Of a stretch of DNA of 64,000 nucleotides, positions 50,467-62,959 are shown in pieces (position 1 is the stretch's first letter; every line of letters begins with the position of its first letter). The stretch lies in NCBI GenBank assembly GCA_964016885.1, contig OZ024740.1:175336001-175400000 (forward strand), in the 5' to 3' direction. The translations under genes and the position numbers were made by a program. The notes beneath the pieces are model-generated. The model worked only from the letters and a program-made list of their open reading frames with translations. It was not told the DNA's origin and did not search any database. This DNA is from Eledone cirrhosa (Eukaryota).

Positions 50467-52096
50467 TATATAACAAATAAATAATTTATCGCTCATATGT
50501 ATATATGCATATATATATATATATATATATAAATATTTCTACTCGCACATATATTTATATCCGGTATGTCTAGTTTTCTCTATAACATGAAACGTAGGAG
50601 GAATAGATACTTTCCTGAATAGATCAATGTAGAAATTGAATTATATGATTGATAGATGTAACGAGACACTTGTCATTTCCGCAACACTGTTGCTCTCTAT
50701 AGTGGTTACATATACTACATAAGTGCCATATATAAAAATCTAGGTGTAGTCAATGGTTAGAAGCTAAGTATTTTGACGATAGTCACGACACTGCTGTTTC
50801 AGCGATACTTTATGAACTATTGACATCATGGCTAAGTGTTTAGCACGATTTAGTCGCCCACCCTTTTCTTTTACACTATCGCTACCATTTTATCACTACT
50901 TACTCTCTCTCAATTTTTTTATTCTTAACTTTTCAAACGGAGGAAACAAACACAATACATGGGTAGAGTGATATATACTTTATTACGGCCGTGTAACTTC
51001 ATCAGAAACTCTATGCTCTCTCACGCGAGTCGCTGATTTAGCTCCACAGCTACACTAAAATATATAATTTTCATTATGGGGATCAACGCTATGACGTTTA
51101 CGCCTTTCTCTTACTGTCCCCGATGTTTAATATGAAATCAACAACAACAAAAACAAGATTTTTATATTTGGCACAAGGCCAATATTGAAGAACAGCTGAA
51201 GTCAATTCACTCACTACCAGTAACAGTTTAGTTATTTATAAACTCAATAAAGATTAAAAGAAATATTTGACCTAGACTAGAGATGATAAAGGGGACTTGT
51301 CTAAATACCGCAACGAATTTCGCCCTTCATGTTGGAATTCGAACATATATAATCATTTAAAGTTTATAAATAGATTTCTAGCACAAGTACAAGGTCACGA
51401 ATTTTAGGGGGATGGGCATTGTCGATAGGACGACCTCAGTACATGACTGGTATTTGATTTTATCGATCACAGGTCAATGAAAGTCAAAGTTGATTTCAGA
51501 ATGTAGGAACAAAGACGCATAGTTTTGGGGTCGCTCATTTGATTAAATAAACCGAAATATCATCCGAAAGGATGATAGGTTAATACTAACATGAATTCAG
51601 GACTTATCTGAATATAGAACAGTATATTGTCAATAGCTGAAGGATTTCTGCTATTAAACACATCATAGTTTATACAATAACAATTAGAAGATTAGGTTAA
51701 ATATATTCTGGCAAATATGCAATAATTTAAAAAAGCAAAAGTTTGATATCTATTTTCGCTGCTTAATTACAACTCGTATTTTTTTACCGACAGAGAACCA
51801 GGGATGGATAAAAATAGTGTTTGGAAGACCATCTGAAGAGGCCGGATTGATACTATGGAACCAATACACTGCATAGTTGTCAAACTCGTCGAAACATTTG
51901 TAATGGAAAATTTCCGAATACATTGTTGTAAAAATGTATTTTGCAAACTTATTCTTCACTGCATATACTCCGTCTGGACCACCAGATGTATTCTGTGATG
52001 CTTCAGGATGTTGAGTGCTTACCTCAGGATACTTCGTGATCTACCAGTTCCAATATCCTAACTGGTTATCTACCTGCATATAATATAATATAATAT

Positions 52097-52211
52097 AATT
52101 GTTTCTATTTTTAGGCACAAGGCCAGAAATTACCCAGTACATTACTGGTACTTTATTTTATCGACCCCGTAAGGATGAAAGGCAAAGTTAACCTCGGCAG
52201 GATTTGAACTA
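52097..52211 (-). mobile_element. tRNA-derived SINE, 5' truncated, in (ATATA)n
   Basis: Reverse complement of the 7735 family. Confidence 0.8.
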
Positions 52212-52300
52212 ATATAATATAATATAATATAATATAATATAATATAATATAATATCATATGATATATATAAATATGTATGTGTGTATGTATGTATGTATG

Positions 52301-52633
52301 TTATCTCTTTCTCTTAATTTCGAGTATATTTTTTTGACCGGCCACCTTCCTTTTTTGTCCGCCAATCCAAGTTCAGTCATACTTTGGTCCAAGCGGGTTG
52401 GTATATAACCCGTAGCTCCAATAATGATGGGTATGAAGCAAAAGGTGTATCTTGGATACTGGATTTTCTAAATTCCTCATCAATGGTCCGTAGATGTCCT
52501 CCTCCTCCTGTATTTTTCTGACAACGTTTACATCAAGTGGGCAGCTGATCTCCACAACAGAACACGTTTTCAATGTGTGGTCCCAAACAACAATATCAGG
52601 CCGGTTGTGCTTTAATTTGGTGGCAGTTTTTAT
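52301..52633 (-). mobile_element. 5'-truncated R4/Dong-like LINE (family B) in (TACA)n
   Basis: KHNRPDIVVWD...VVEISCPLD; same 3' end as the 46221 copy. Confidence 0.85.
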
Positions 52634-52635
52634 AC

Positions 52636-52668
<33 letters not shown>

Positions 52669-52715
52669 TGTATGTATGTATGTATGTATGTATGTATGTA
52701 TGTATGTATGTTTGT

Positions 52716-53321
52716 GTCAGGTCACCAGTTGGTGCTACTGGTAACATGTATCCCAGTACAACCTGTCCCATGGTCGGGTCGTTGGCGACTAAACTGGCAA
52801 CCCCACCAAGGTTTCTTGGCGAGGAGGGTGACTTTGGACATCCTGCAGGACTAAAAACAAAACCTGTCAAAGGGCAAAGGAGCTCTTTAGAGTCAATGGC
52901 CATCCAAAATCACTGGGAGAAATGACCCCTTAGCCTTTGTCAAGGCAGAATTCTAGGAGAAGGAAAACTCTGATATAACACCTGCAACCCTGATGGTATC
53001 CAATGATGTTGACTTGTTCTTCTTTTTGGTAAATATTATCTTGGTTAAGAGAGTGGGACTGGCTTTGTGCAGTGCCTTTGCTCACTATAAAAGCTTCACG
53101 GCACAGGCATTGCTTTATATCTGGAGATCTCTCTGCACTTGTCGTCACATGGTACCATGGGCCCAGCACTATGTGTCAATAATTGTCACAAGTGTAGTGT
53201 TTGTACCAGAGTTTTCAAGTCGCTGGCTGGACTAAAGTCACACTCGTTCAGCGCATCGGTAGGGGTTCTCCTACATGGATATAAAGTAATGGCCGTACTC
53301 GAAAACGAGTTGGCAGCCACC
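52716..53321 (+). mobile_element. RTE-N1 second full copy with (ATGT)n tail
   Basis: Co-terminal with 47320-47928. Confidence 0.8.
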
Positions 53322-53336
53322 ATGTATGTATGTATG

Positions 53337-56300
53337 TTCTTCTCGTTTTATAATTTCACAAAGTTTTACCAATAGAGAGAGAGTCGGTTTCTAACATAGA
53401 TACAAGACTCTCTCATTGGAATTTACACAATGTATGTATGCATGCATGTGTAGATATGGATGTTATTGTATGTGTGGATGTGTATGTTTTGAGTTGTATG
53501 TGTGCATGTTATTGTATGTGTGCATGCTTTGCATCTGTACATATGTATATGCAGTTATTAGATGCAACATTTTTGGAATGTTTTACATATTTTTACTGTT
53601 CCAATAATGGATTGTACTTTTAATTTCCTAACTAGTTGTGTTCTTTCTGTTCCTGTGAACCCTAGCTTCTCAGGATTTGTATTGAGGCAGTTACTAACAT
53701 ACCCCAGTGCCCCAATAATCACAGGCATAAATCTGAAGGTGTAATCAGGGTGGAGTATCTGCACTTTTCTCATCAGTTCTGCATAAATATTCTCCTTTTC
53801 ACTAATCTTTGATATTATATTGGCATCTGCTGGGCAGCTAATTTCCACTACTGTGCATACTTTCTTCTCCCTGTCCCATATCATAACATCTGGTCTGTTA
53901 TGCCTGCATTTTATTGTTTTTTTTTACTGGAACATTCCACCAGTACTCTTTCATATTATGTACATGAATGTCTTCCACATTGCTGTAGCTTTTAATGTGT
54001 TTATTATCGGGCTATCCTTTTTACGAACTGCATTGTACAGTGTTTTGGCCACTACATCATGCCTCATAGGTAGATAGTACCGCGATGACATCTTTGGACA
54101 GCTGCTGATGACATGGGTGATATCCTCGATGTTAGTTCTGCAGAGTCTGCACTTGTTATCACATCTAGGTATTTTGCCTTGATCCCTATCTCTTCTTTCA
54201 ATCAGGTACTTCGTGTTAATCTCCTGTTCTTGGATTGCAAAAGCGTATCCTTCAAAGTGGGAGCCAATATAGCGGTTGTTGGTCCAAGATAGACTACTTT
54301 CCTTATGTATATTACTCTCACTCTGGAGCTTCCTGGCAACATATACATGCATGATGTTATGCTGATAAGTATGCAGTTTTTCATCCTTGGATTCACTCCG
54401 ATACTGCTGAGCAGCTTCCCTGTGTGTGAGGCTTTGATTATAACACAGGGAATATCTCTCGAGGAGTTCCTTCCCAACTCTCATGATCTTATCATGAGAG
54501 TTCATGCAGATAGACTTGCTTGAGAAACGGGCCGCTACGCTTCGAGGTTCGTAGATGTTGTCGGAGAGATATGATGCGACATTCAAATGTTGTCTGGACT
54601 GATGTTAGGCCTCTGCCTCCCTGCTTACGTTTCAAGTAAAGGCGGTCTGTGTCACTGTTGATGTGGAAGTTTCCGGTGTTGTTTAGTATTTTTCGAGTTC
54701 CAACATCAACTGCTCGGATTTTGTCTATCGTCCAATTGAGTATTCCAAACGTTGGTGTTAGGACAGGCACAGCAAACGTATTGTGAGCCACTGTTTTGTT
54801 TTGCGCAGAGAGTTCCGATGACCATGTCTTTTTTAATCCGGTGTAGTATTCCCTGGTTACGCGTTCTTTATTACAGATACCATTATTGGATATGTTCTCA
54901 TCTATCCCCAGGTATCTGTAGCAGTCCTCATCAGATATCGGTGAAACAGTTAGGCCATTGATGACAATGTTGCTAGAATGGGTTGTTGTTTTTCCTCGCT
55001 TTACAGTCATGTATGAGCATTTATCTTGGCCAAACTCCATTCCTATATCCTTTGAGAACGGTGTAACCAGGTCAAGATTTTTCTTCATCCCATCCATGTT
55101 CTTGGCATAGAGTTTCAGATCGTCCACAAAAAAATTATGGGTTAGGTTCGTATTTCTGTCCTCCTGTGAGCCAATGATGTATCCCTCACATTTCTTGAGC
55201 AGAAAGGACAAGGGGTTTAATGACATGATGAATAATATCTCAGAGAGACTGTCCCCCTGAAATATACCCCTGCAATATTTTATTTTATCAGTGAAAATAG
55301 AGTCCTCCCTCTCTGTCTTTAACCTTAGGATAGTAGCCCAAGAAGAAGACAGCCTCTCTATGGCTCCGACAATAATGTCTGGAACTTTAGCAAGTTGGAG
55401 GGCCTCTATCATCCAAGAGTGGGGAACAGAATAGAAAGTTTTCCTGTAGTCCAGCCAGACTGTAGTCATATTCCTCCTAAGTTGTCGCACCTCCGACATC
55501 GCAGTTTTGTTGATTAGGAGGTGTTCAACACATCCCCAAACCCCTTTCTTTCTAGCTGCTTGTTCATCTGTGATGATGTTATTATTTTCACAGTGATCTT
55601 GGAGGAATAGGTTCAGGCAGGCTGTATACATCTTATACATCAGGTTCTGACATGCAATGGGTCGGTTGTTTTTTGCCAAGTGGGTGTCTTGGTTCTTCGG
55701 GACCAGTTATGTTTGTGCTAATGTTAACCATTCTGGTATAAGTGTATCTCCCTTAAGAACTTGTTGGTAGAGGTCAGTAAGATACCTCCGATAGTTTTTT
55801 GTACCAGTAGCCGACAATCATGTCTCTTCCTGGTGTTTTCTTATCTTGGAGTTTTCCTATCACAGTCTCAAGGGTACCCTCACTTATTTCGTATGTTTTT
55901 GTTGTAGTGTAGGAGCAATAGTTCTTTCGGATTTCTCTAGGCCACACTGCATCTTGGTTGAAATTCTTCTTTTCACCTCATATTTTGCTCCAAAAGGAAT
56001 CTATGTCTTTCTGAGATGGGGCCTCAGTGACACTTATTATTTTGCCCTTCATATCTCTATAGACTGATGTTTGGTTTCGTCTGAATCTTTTATTAAGCAC
56101 TTTCCCCTCATCTACCTTCTTCAGGTATCGGCGTTTTTCACTAACAGCTCTCAATTCTTGTTTGAGGGTGATCAGCTTATATTGGAGAGTTCTGGTTCTA
56201 CTGTTACCAAACATCGTCAATATTTTATTTTTCTCTCTTTGTTGGTGAGGAGTGAGGTTTTTTGTGTTTGTTTGCATGTAAGTAGCATTGTCACATATCC

Positions 56301-56500
56301 TATGTTTTTTCGTAGGTCAGCAATCTTTTTTCCTATTTTAGTTATATATGATGGTATTTTTGGTGGTGTTCTGTTCTTGTTAATATCTCTGCTATCACCA
56401 AGATAATGCTTCACTTTCGTTGCTAAGGGATATAAACAGGCGTTGATTTGCCAAAACATGTGGTGCCGAAAACATTTCTCATCCAAATCTCAACAATATC
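53337..56500 (-). mobile_element. R4/Dong-like RLE non-LTR retrotransposon (family A), degenerate
   Basis: RT, CCHC and PD-(D/E)xK ORF pieces; 3' end GAAGAA|(CATA)n. Confidence 0.9.
53558..56486 (-). pseudogene. R4-clade RT - zinc knuckle - restriction-like endonuclease ORF (frameshifted)
   Basis: RPIAC, WLDYRKTFYSVPHSW, RGIFQGDSLS, FVDDLKLY, RYLG, CRLC..EDITHVISSC, RHD, VVEISCP, PVIIGALG. Confidence 0.9.
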
Positions 56501-56556
56501 AGTATATACACTAGATTTGCTAGCAGAAGACCGCCCACCGGGTGGTTTTCTGCTAG

Positions 56557-57152
56557 TCTATATATATAAAACTGAGCATGTCTATCTGTGTGTGTGTCTG
56601 TGAGTTTGAATCCCTAAAACTCGAGAAGTACCCAACCGATTTTTTTCAAACTTTACATGTGTATCAACTATTTGATCACGCATTAGGTGAAAAACTGCGT
56701 TTTTTCAGCTTTTTAGGTTTTTTTTGAGGCGTTACGTCAGACTGATTTCCTTGAAATTGTAACTATGTATTAGTCAGTGTCTTCTTCATACCGCGAGAAA
56801 AGAAAATCCAACTTTTTTCTGGCCTAGGGCCCGCATTAGGTGAAAAGCTTCATTTTTTCAGCTTTTTATGGCTTTTTTGAGGCGTTACGTCTAGCCGATT
56901 TTCCCGAAATTTCAAGGCATATTATGCACATAAAAAAAAATCATTTTCTTTATCCCCTAGGGTCCGCATTAGGTGAAAACCTGGTGTTTTCCTAATTCAT
57001 CGAGGAAAATCTTACAGATTATCCAGGCATCAGATTATTAGGTTTATTTTCTTTACATATTGACCAGGCATGCAGTTTTTCCACGATTAGGTCTGTTGGC
57101 GGCCCGCGTTCCGAGATACCTCATCCCGTGCAACGCCGGGTACCACTGCTAG
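56557..57152 (+). mobile_element. Non-autonomous Helitron, family A
   Basis: TCTATATATATAAAA...CCCGTGCAACGCCGGG-TACCACTG-CTAG|T. Confidence 0.9.
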
Positions 57153-57325
57153 TATATTAATATAATTGTTTTCATCGATATGGTGGCCGAACGTTTTAAA
57201 GTTGTAGAAAATTCGAATGACTGAAACCAAGTCAGCAAAACAACTGATTAATGTTTGTTGTTATTTTTCCTTTACCTTGTTGTTGTTATATGTTAAACTA
57301 AAATATTATCGCACCTTTACAAATA

Positions 57326-57492
57326 AATTGTTTCTACTTTTGGCACAAGGCCAGCAATAACCCCAGTATATTACTGGTGCTTTATTTTATCGATGAAAGG
57401 CAAAGTTAACCTCGGCGGGATTTGAACTCAGACCATACAGGGCCGTAACTCTTTGCTGTAAAGCATGCCGTCCGACCCTCTACCGATACTGC
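57326..57492 (-). mobile_element. tRNA-derived SINE (MetaSINE-like)
   Basis: Reverse complement of the 7735 family with an internal deletion. Confidence 0.8.
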
Positions 57493-57838
57493 CTTTACAA
57501 ATAAATACAACGCAATTAGAACAGTTTTCGCGTTCCCCACACACTATCACAAAGAACCTTTCATGGCGATCTCACACCCTAAACATAGCTGAAACTTCAT
57601 CTAATACACAAGTACTTCCCTTCAGATTCAGAAAATTCTTCAGCCCACTACAACTTCCGATCCTTACAATATTCAAGTATAACCCAGAACGGAGTATATC
57701 TGGTATGGACCTATCAGCGTCACAAATATTATACTGTTAATAATCTCACACATACATGCATGCATACATACATGCATACATACATGCATACATACATGCA
57801 TACATACATACATACAAACATACATACATACATACATA

Positions 57839-58241
57839 CAGATTTATGCCTGTGATTATTGGGGCACTGGGATATGTTAGTAACTGCCTCAATACAAATC
57901 TTGAGAAGCTAGGGTTCACAGGAACAGAAAGAACACAACTAGTTAGGAAATTAAAAGTACAATCCATTAATGGAACAGTAAAAATATGTAAAACATTAAA
58001 AAAATGTTGCATGTAATAACTGCATATACACATGTAGATACAAAGCATATACACATGCACACATACAACTCAAAACATCCACATCCACACATACAATAAC
58101 ATCCATATCTACACATGCATGCATGCATACATAATCTACCTAGTTGATGTGTAAATTTCAATGAGAGAGTCTTGTGTCTATGTTAGAAGCCGACCCTCTC
58201 TCTATTGGGAAAAAATTTGTGAAATTATAAAACCAGAAGAA
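57839..58241 (+). mobile_element. 5'-truncated R4/Dong-like LINE (family A) in (TACA)n
   Basis: Reverse complement of 53337-53734; (TACA)n on both sides. Confidence 0.88.
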
Positions 58242-58260
58242 CATACATAAATACATACAT

Positions 58261-58501
58261 AACGGCTGCCCCCTCGTTATCGAGTATGGCCATTGCACTA
58301 TATACCATTATTAATAATTATTAATTAATGCTACCGTCCAGTGCCTGTGCGTGAAGATTTTTTTTAAGTGAGGAAAGATTGTGCATTGAGCCAATCCCAC
58401 TCTCTGAGCAACAGTTTTGCTTTTTGTCCTGCAGGGTATCCACCCTCACCTCTCACAAAGTAAACTTGGTGGGGTTGCCGGTTACATGTTACCAGTAGCA
58501 C
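58261..58501 (-). mobile_element. RTE-N2 copy, internally deleted
   Basis: Reverse complement of 48230-48567 without the SINE, plus leader pieces. Confidence 0.7.
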
Positions 58502-58559
58502 TCAAGAGTGACCCCACATAGATACATACATATATGTTGAGTGCTGCGCGGCAGGTATG

Positions 58560-59190
58560 AAAATCATTGCTGCGATGACTAAGACACTCGTCTTCTGAAC
58601 AACGCCTGTGCAGTGTATTCTACATAGGAGTGGAGTTACACTGAAGTAAGTGGAGAAATTCAAGTGCCGCAGGGGTGTTTTCACGAGTGATGGAAGACAG
58701 AATATTGGGGCTAGTGCAGTAATGCGCTACCTTCAGTACTGATCTTCAGAAGCAGTGAGGTAGGTGTGAAAGCCAAACAATTATATTCAAATCGGTGTTC
58801 ATGCCTACCCCACATACGGTCATGAATCTTGGGTTATTTACCGAAAGAATACGATTGCGAATACAAGCAGCCTAAATACCCCCCCCCCCCCCCCGAAGGG
58901 TCACTACAGTAACGTTTCACGATAGGGTGCGTAGCGCGGAAATCAGGAAGTCGCTCTAGGTAGAGTCTCTACTTCTCTGAATTGAGAGATCACAGCTCCG
59001 ATACTACGAGCATTTGGTTAGAATATCTCAAGAAAGAATCACTGGACAGATTTTACAGGCAAAACCAACCGGCAATAGCCCTGGGGGTAGACACCGAGCA
59101 AGATGGTTGGATAACATCCATGAGTTCAGTTGGTCTCGCTTGGGGAACCAACTAGATCATTAGAAGTCTGTTGCGTCTGATGGAAGAGCT
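58560..59190 (+). pseudogene. RTE (Rex3/Expander-like) RT C-terminal remnant
   Basis: VEKFK...VFTSDGR, YGHESW, DRVRSAEIR, IERSQLRYY.HL.R, QAKPTG..P.GR...RWLDNI. Confidence 0.8.
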
Positions 59191-59299
59191 CGATTTGAGG
59201 ATGATATGGCTGCAATTTTGGCTGGTCGAACAATCTTATAAAAACTCTTACTGTCTAGACGAGGGATTCCTTTCAAATTTATACGCAACTGTAGAATCA

Positions 59300-59680
59300 T
59301 TTGATAGTGAAATTAATGTAATAACGTAAAGAAGTGACGAAAAAAGACTTTCACAGAAATCAGCCTCTGTTAACTGGAACAGATCCAATATACTTTCAAC
59401 TCGCATATAAATGATTTTCCCCCACTTTGGCACTCTTAACAACATTGATTAGATCAAATTGTAGGCAATACTAAACATCTTAAGAAATATCATGTTTCAA
59501 GACTGTGAAACCATATCATTTGCTTTCTTGAAATTATCAAAGTAACGTACATCTTTGTTAGTTGTCGAATACAATTTTTCATGATAACTCTGTCAATCAA
59601 AAGAAGGTCCTTTATACCTTGACTTCCTTCTGTTTATGTCTCCTTTCTATTTAATTGGCAAACACTTATTCTTTGGATTT
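59300..59680 (-). pseudogene. Old R4-clade RT remnant
   Basis: GIKDLLLIDRVIMKNC...FKKANDMV.QS. Confidence 0.6.
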
Positions 59681-60114
59681 TGGCCATATAGTTTAACAGC
59701 AGACATACATGTTAGTAATTGCCAATGAATCTTCATCATCATTCTCATTATCTTCATCATCGCCATCTTCATCTTAGTTTTCATCATTATCAATTTCAGA
59801 CTGCATAGCTTTTTCCCCATCTTTCATTATACTATACAGGCTGTTCACTTTGATATCTTTGTCCGTCTAGACAGACATGACACAGAGTATAGTAGCCATA
59901 TCACATACCATATGTGTTGCATCCTTATAAGTTTTATTCTCAGCTTTTAACGTGGAAGTATTGGCAAATTGTCTAATGGATATAGATATAGTTACTAACT
60001 AACTAGATTATATCAGTGGATATATTCTCTAATTGAAAGACTGGATAAGTGGTTGGTGGTAATTCATGATCAGTGCTTTGTTCGCAGTTGACAATATGTG
60101 TCAAGAAAGTGATA

Positions 60115-60525
60115 GATTGTTAGAATCGTTAAAGAGCCGGTAAAATGCTTTACAGAATTTTGTCACGACCATTTACGTTCCAGCCGTGGTGAAGTTTGTT
60201 TTTCACCCTTCCGGGGTTTATAAAATATCTTACACATTGGAGTGGATACAATTGACTTTCTCCTCTCTACATATTGTTGGTCTTGTGCCTAAATTCGAAA
60301 TAATTATTATTTGCGAGAAAACAGCGGCAGATTTGCTGTATTGGTAGAGGTGTCGGACAAAATGCGTTACAGTATTTAGTTACGACATTCTACGTTTTAT
60401 TTTAAATCTCGATGAGGTCACCTTTGCTTTTCATACTTCCAAACTCGATAAAATAAAGTGCAAGTTAAGTACTGGGGTTTTCACATTCCTTCAAATTGCT
60501 GGCCTTGTGCCTATAGTAGAAAATC
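60115..60525 (+). mobile_element. Two tandem degenerate SINE copies (60115-60305, 60322-60525)
   Basis: Degenerate TTTCA.CCTTCC..GATAAAAT core and GCTGGCCTTGTGCCT tail. Confidence 0.7.
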
Positions 60526-60541
60526 ATTATTATTATTATTA

Positions 60542-61717
60542 TCTGTATATATATAAAATTAAGTATGTGTGTGTTTCTGTGTATTACCTATAGTGGCCTA
60601 CATCTTACGACCGATTTTCATGAAACTTTACAGGCTCATAGATTAGTCATCGGGGAGTGTTTTCTATATATCAGCTTATCGTTTTTTTTTTATTCCGGGG
60701 TCATTCTGCAGATGAAAATCGATAGGGGGTGGGCAAGTGGGGGTGGGTGGGGTTCACGTTTTTTTAGGTAACGAAAAATAAGATTTTTGGCTCTAGCTCC
60801 CACATTTTGCCACCAATTTCATTCAAATTTTAAAGCAAAATAGAATTTATCATTGCACATCCTATAATGGCTTTATATTTTGCATTTGTTGTTCAGGGAC
60901 GGCGTGGCAGCAGCTTAAATATTCAAAAATACCACTTTTAGACTCAAATTTCCACTTTTTCGGCTCTACCTCCCACATTAATCAACCTACTTTGTTCAAA
61001 TTTTACACTACGCTAGATCTGATTATTTCACGTCTTAAAGTGGCTTTACATTTTGGATTTTTTGTTCAGGAACGGCGTGGCAGCCGCTTAAATATTCGAA
61101 AATACCTCCTTTTCGCTCCCACATTTTTCAACCGGTTTCGTACAAATTCGAAACTTCGGCTCCACCTCACACATAAATCAATTTATTTGGTTCAACTTTT
61201 ATACTATGATAGAACCTATCATTGCACATCTTATAGTAGCTTTACACTTTGCAGTTTCTGTTCAGGGACGGCGACCTATCATTAGCTCCCACATTTTTCA
61301 ACCGATTTCGTTTAAATTTGAAACTTCGGCTCCACCTCACACATAAATCAATTTATTTGGGTCAAATTTTATACTACGATAGAACCTATCATGGCACATC
61401 TTATAGATGGTCAAAGGCAAAACGATGGCAACTGACATCATCTGAGCTTTTAGTTGTGTATTTGAGAATTCATCGGTTTCCAATCAGGTAACGTGAGGAA
61501 ATTTGGCTTAGTGTTAGAGGTCATTACATCCCTCCCCCAGAATGCCCCTTCGTCAGTCACCCGCGTTCCTCTGTGATAGAGGTCATCACCACCCTCCTCC
61601 GCATGGCCTATGTGTGGCCATAGATGAGTCATCGAGAAGGAGTCGCTAAGATCAACACCTTTTCATCAAAGCAGATATTATTTTACCTACCCAGGCAACG
61701 CTGGGTACTACTGCTAG
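60542..61717 (+). mobile_element. Non-autonomous Helitron, family C, with internal subrepeats
   Basis: A|TCTGTATATATATAAAA; 3' hairpin ACCCAGGCAACGCTGGGT, CTAG|T; subrepeats e.g. 61114-61235 / 61285-61405. Confidence 0.8.
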
Positions 61718-61729
61718 TTATTAATATAA

Positions 61730-61890
61730 ATCGACCCCAGTGCATTGCTGGTGCTTTATTTCATCGACCTTGTAAGGATGAAAAGCAACGCTAATCTCAG
61801 CGGCATTTGAACACAGACCATACAGGGCCGTAACTATATGTCGCGAAGCATAGTGTCCGACGCTCTACCGATACTGCCAATTCATCGCCC
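61730..61890 (-). mobile_element. tRNA-derived SINE (MetaSINE-like)
   Basis: Reverse complement of the 7735 family. Confidence 0.8.
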
Positions 61891-62557
61891 TTTATTGTTT
61901 ATTTCTATTGTTTTTAAATATTATTTACTCGATTTTTTTGTAAGCCCTCCCCATTGTCCCTTTTTTTTATATTGTTTCCTATATGTCGGTCCTTGTGAAC
62001 AATAAAGAAATCATCATCATTATTACTTCTTGAACAGTTTCATGCGAGTTTCTTCTGCATCACCAGAGATATCTCCGTGCACTTGACGTGTGTACAGTAT
62101 TATGTATTTCTATAGGTAGTGATAATATAAACTTTTCCAATTAATATACAGCATCAGTCATGTTTTGTTATAATGTTTCGCTTGTGTTATTTTAGTGATT
62201 GTTCTGTTGTTTATCCCGTGTGTTATGTAAGTTGTGTTATTTTATTGGGTATTAATATTGTAGAGTATAAATTACGTGAGTTGTATTGTATTATTTTATT
62301 AGGTGTATGTTCTATAGAGTATATTAACAGTATTCATATTATTGATGTAAATATTATGATTAATGTTGATGTTGTTATCAACATCATTATGCTTTTTAAA
62401 AATGTTTATAACATTTTGTAATAATTTCTTTAATTCTTTATTTCTTCGTGACTTATCCATTTAATTCATCACCTAATTGTAATTCTAAATGGTAAATATA
62501 TTACATTCCTGTGAATACTGCATATATTGCTCTTGTTAGAAAATTGCTTTTCAGTCT

Positions 62558-62620
62558 GTGGCTATGTTTTAGTTATATGATGTGGAACGTGTGGCTGTGT
62601 ATTTATTGCTTTTATACAAA

Positions 62621-62663
<43 letters not shown>

Positions 62664-62748
62664 ACACACACACACACACATATATATATTTATAAAAGCA
62701 ATAAACACACAGCCATACGTTCCACATCATATAACTAAAATATAGCCA
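62558..62748. repeat. ~58-bp inverted repeat around a (CA)n/(TA)n spacer
   Basis: 62558-62615 versus 62690-62748. Confidence 0.8.
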
Positions 62749-62753
62749 TATAT

Positions 62754-62850
<97 letters not shown>

Positions 62851-62867
62851 TGTGTGTGTATTTATAT

Positions 62868-62922
<55 letters not shown>

Positions 62923-62959
62923 CACACACATATATATATGTATATATATATATATATAT

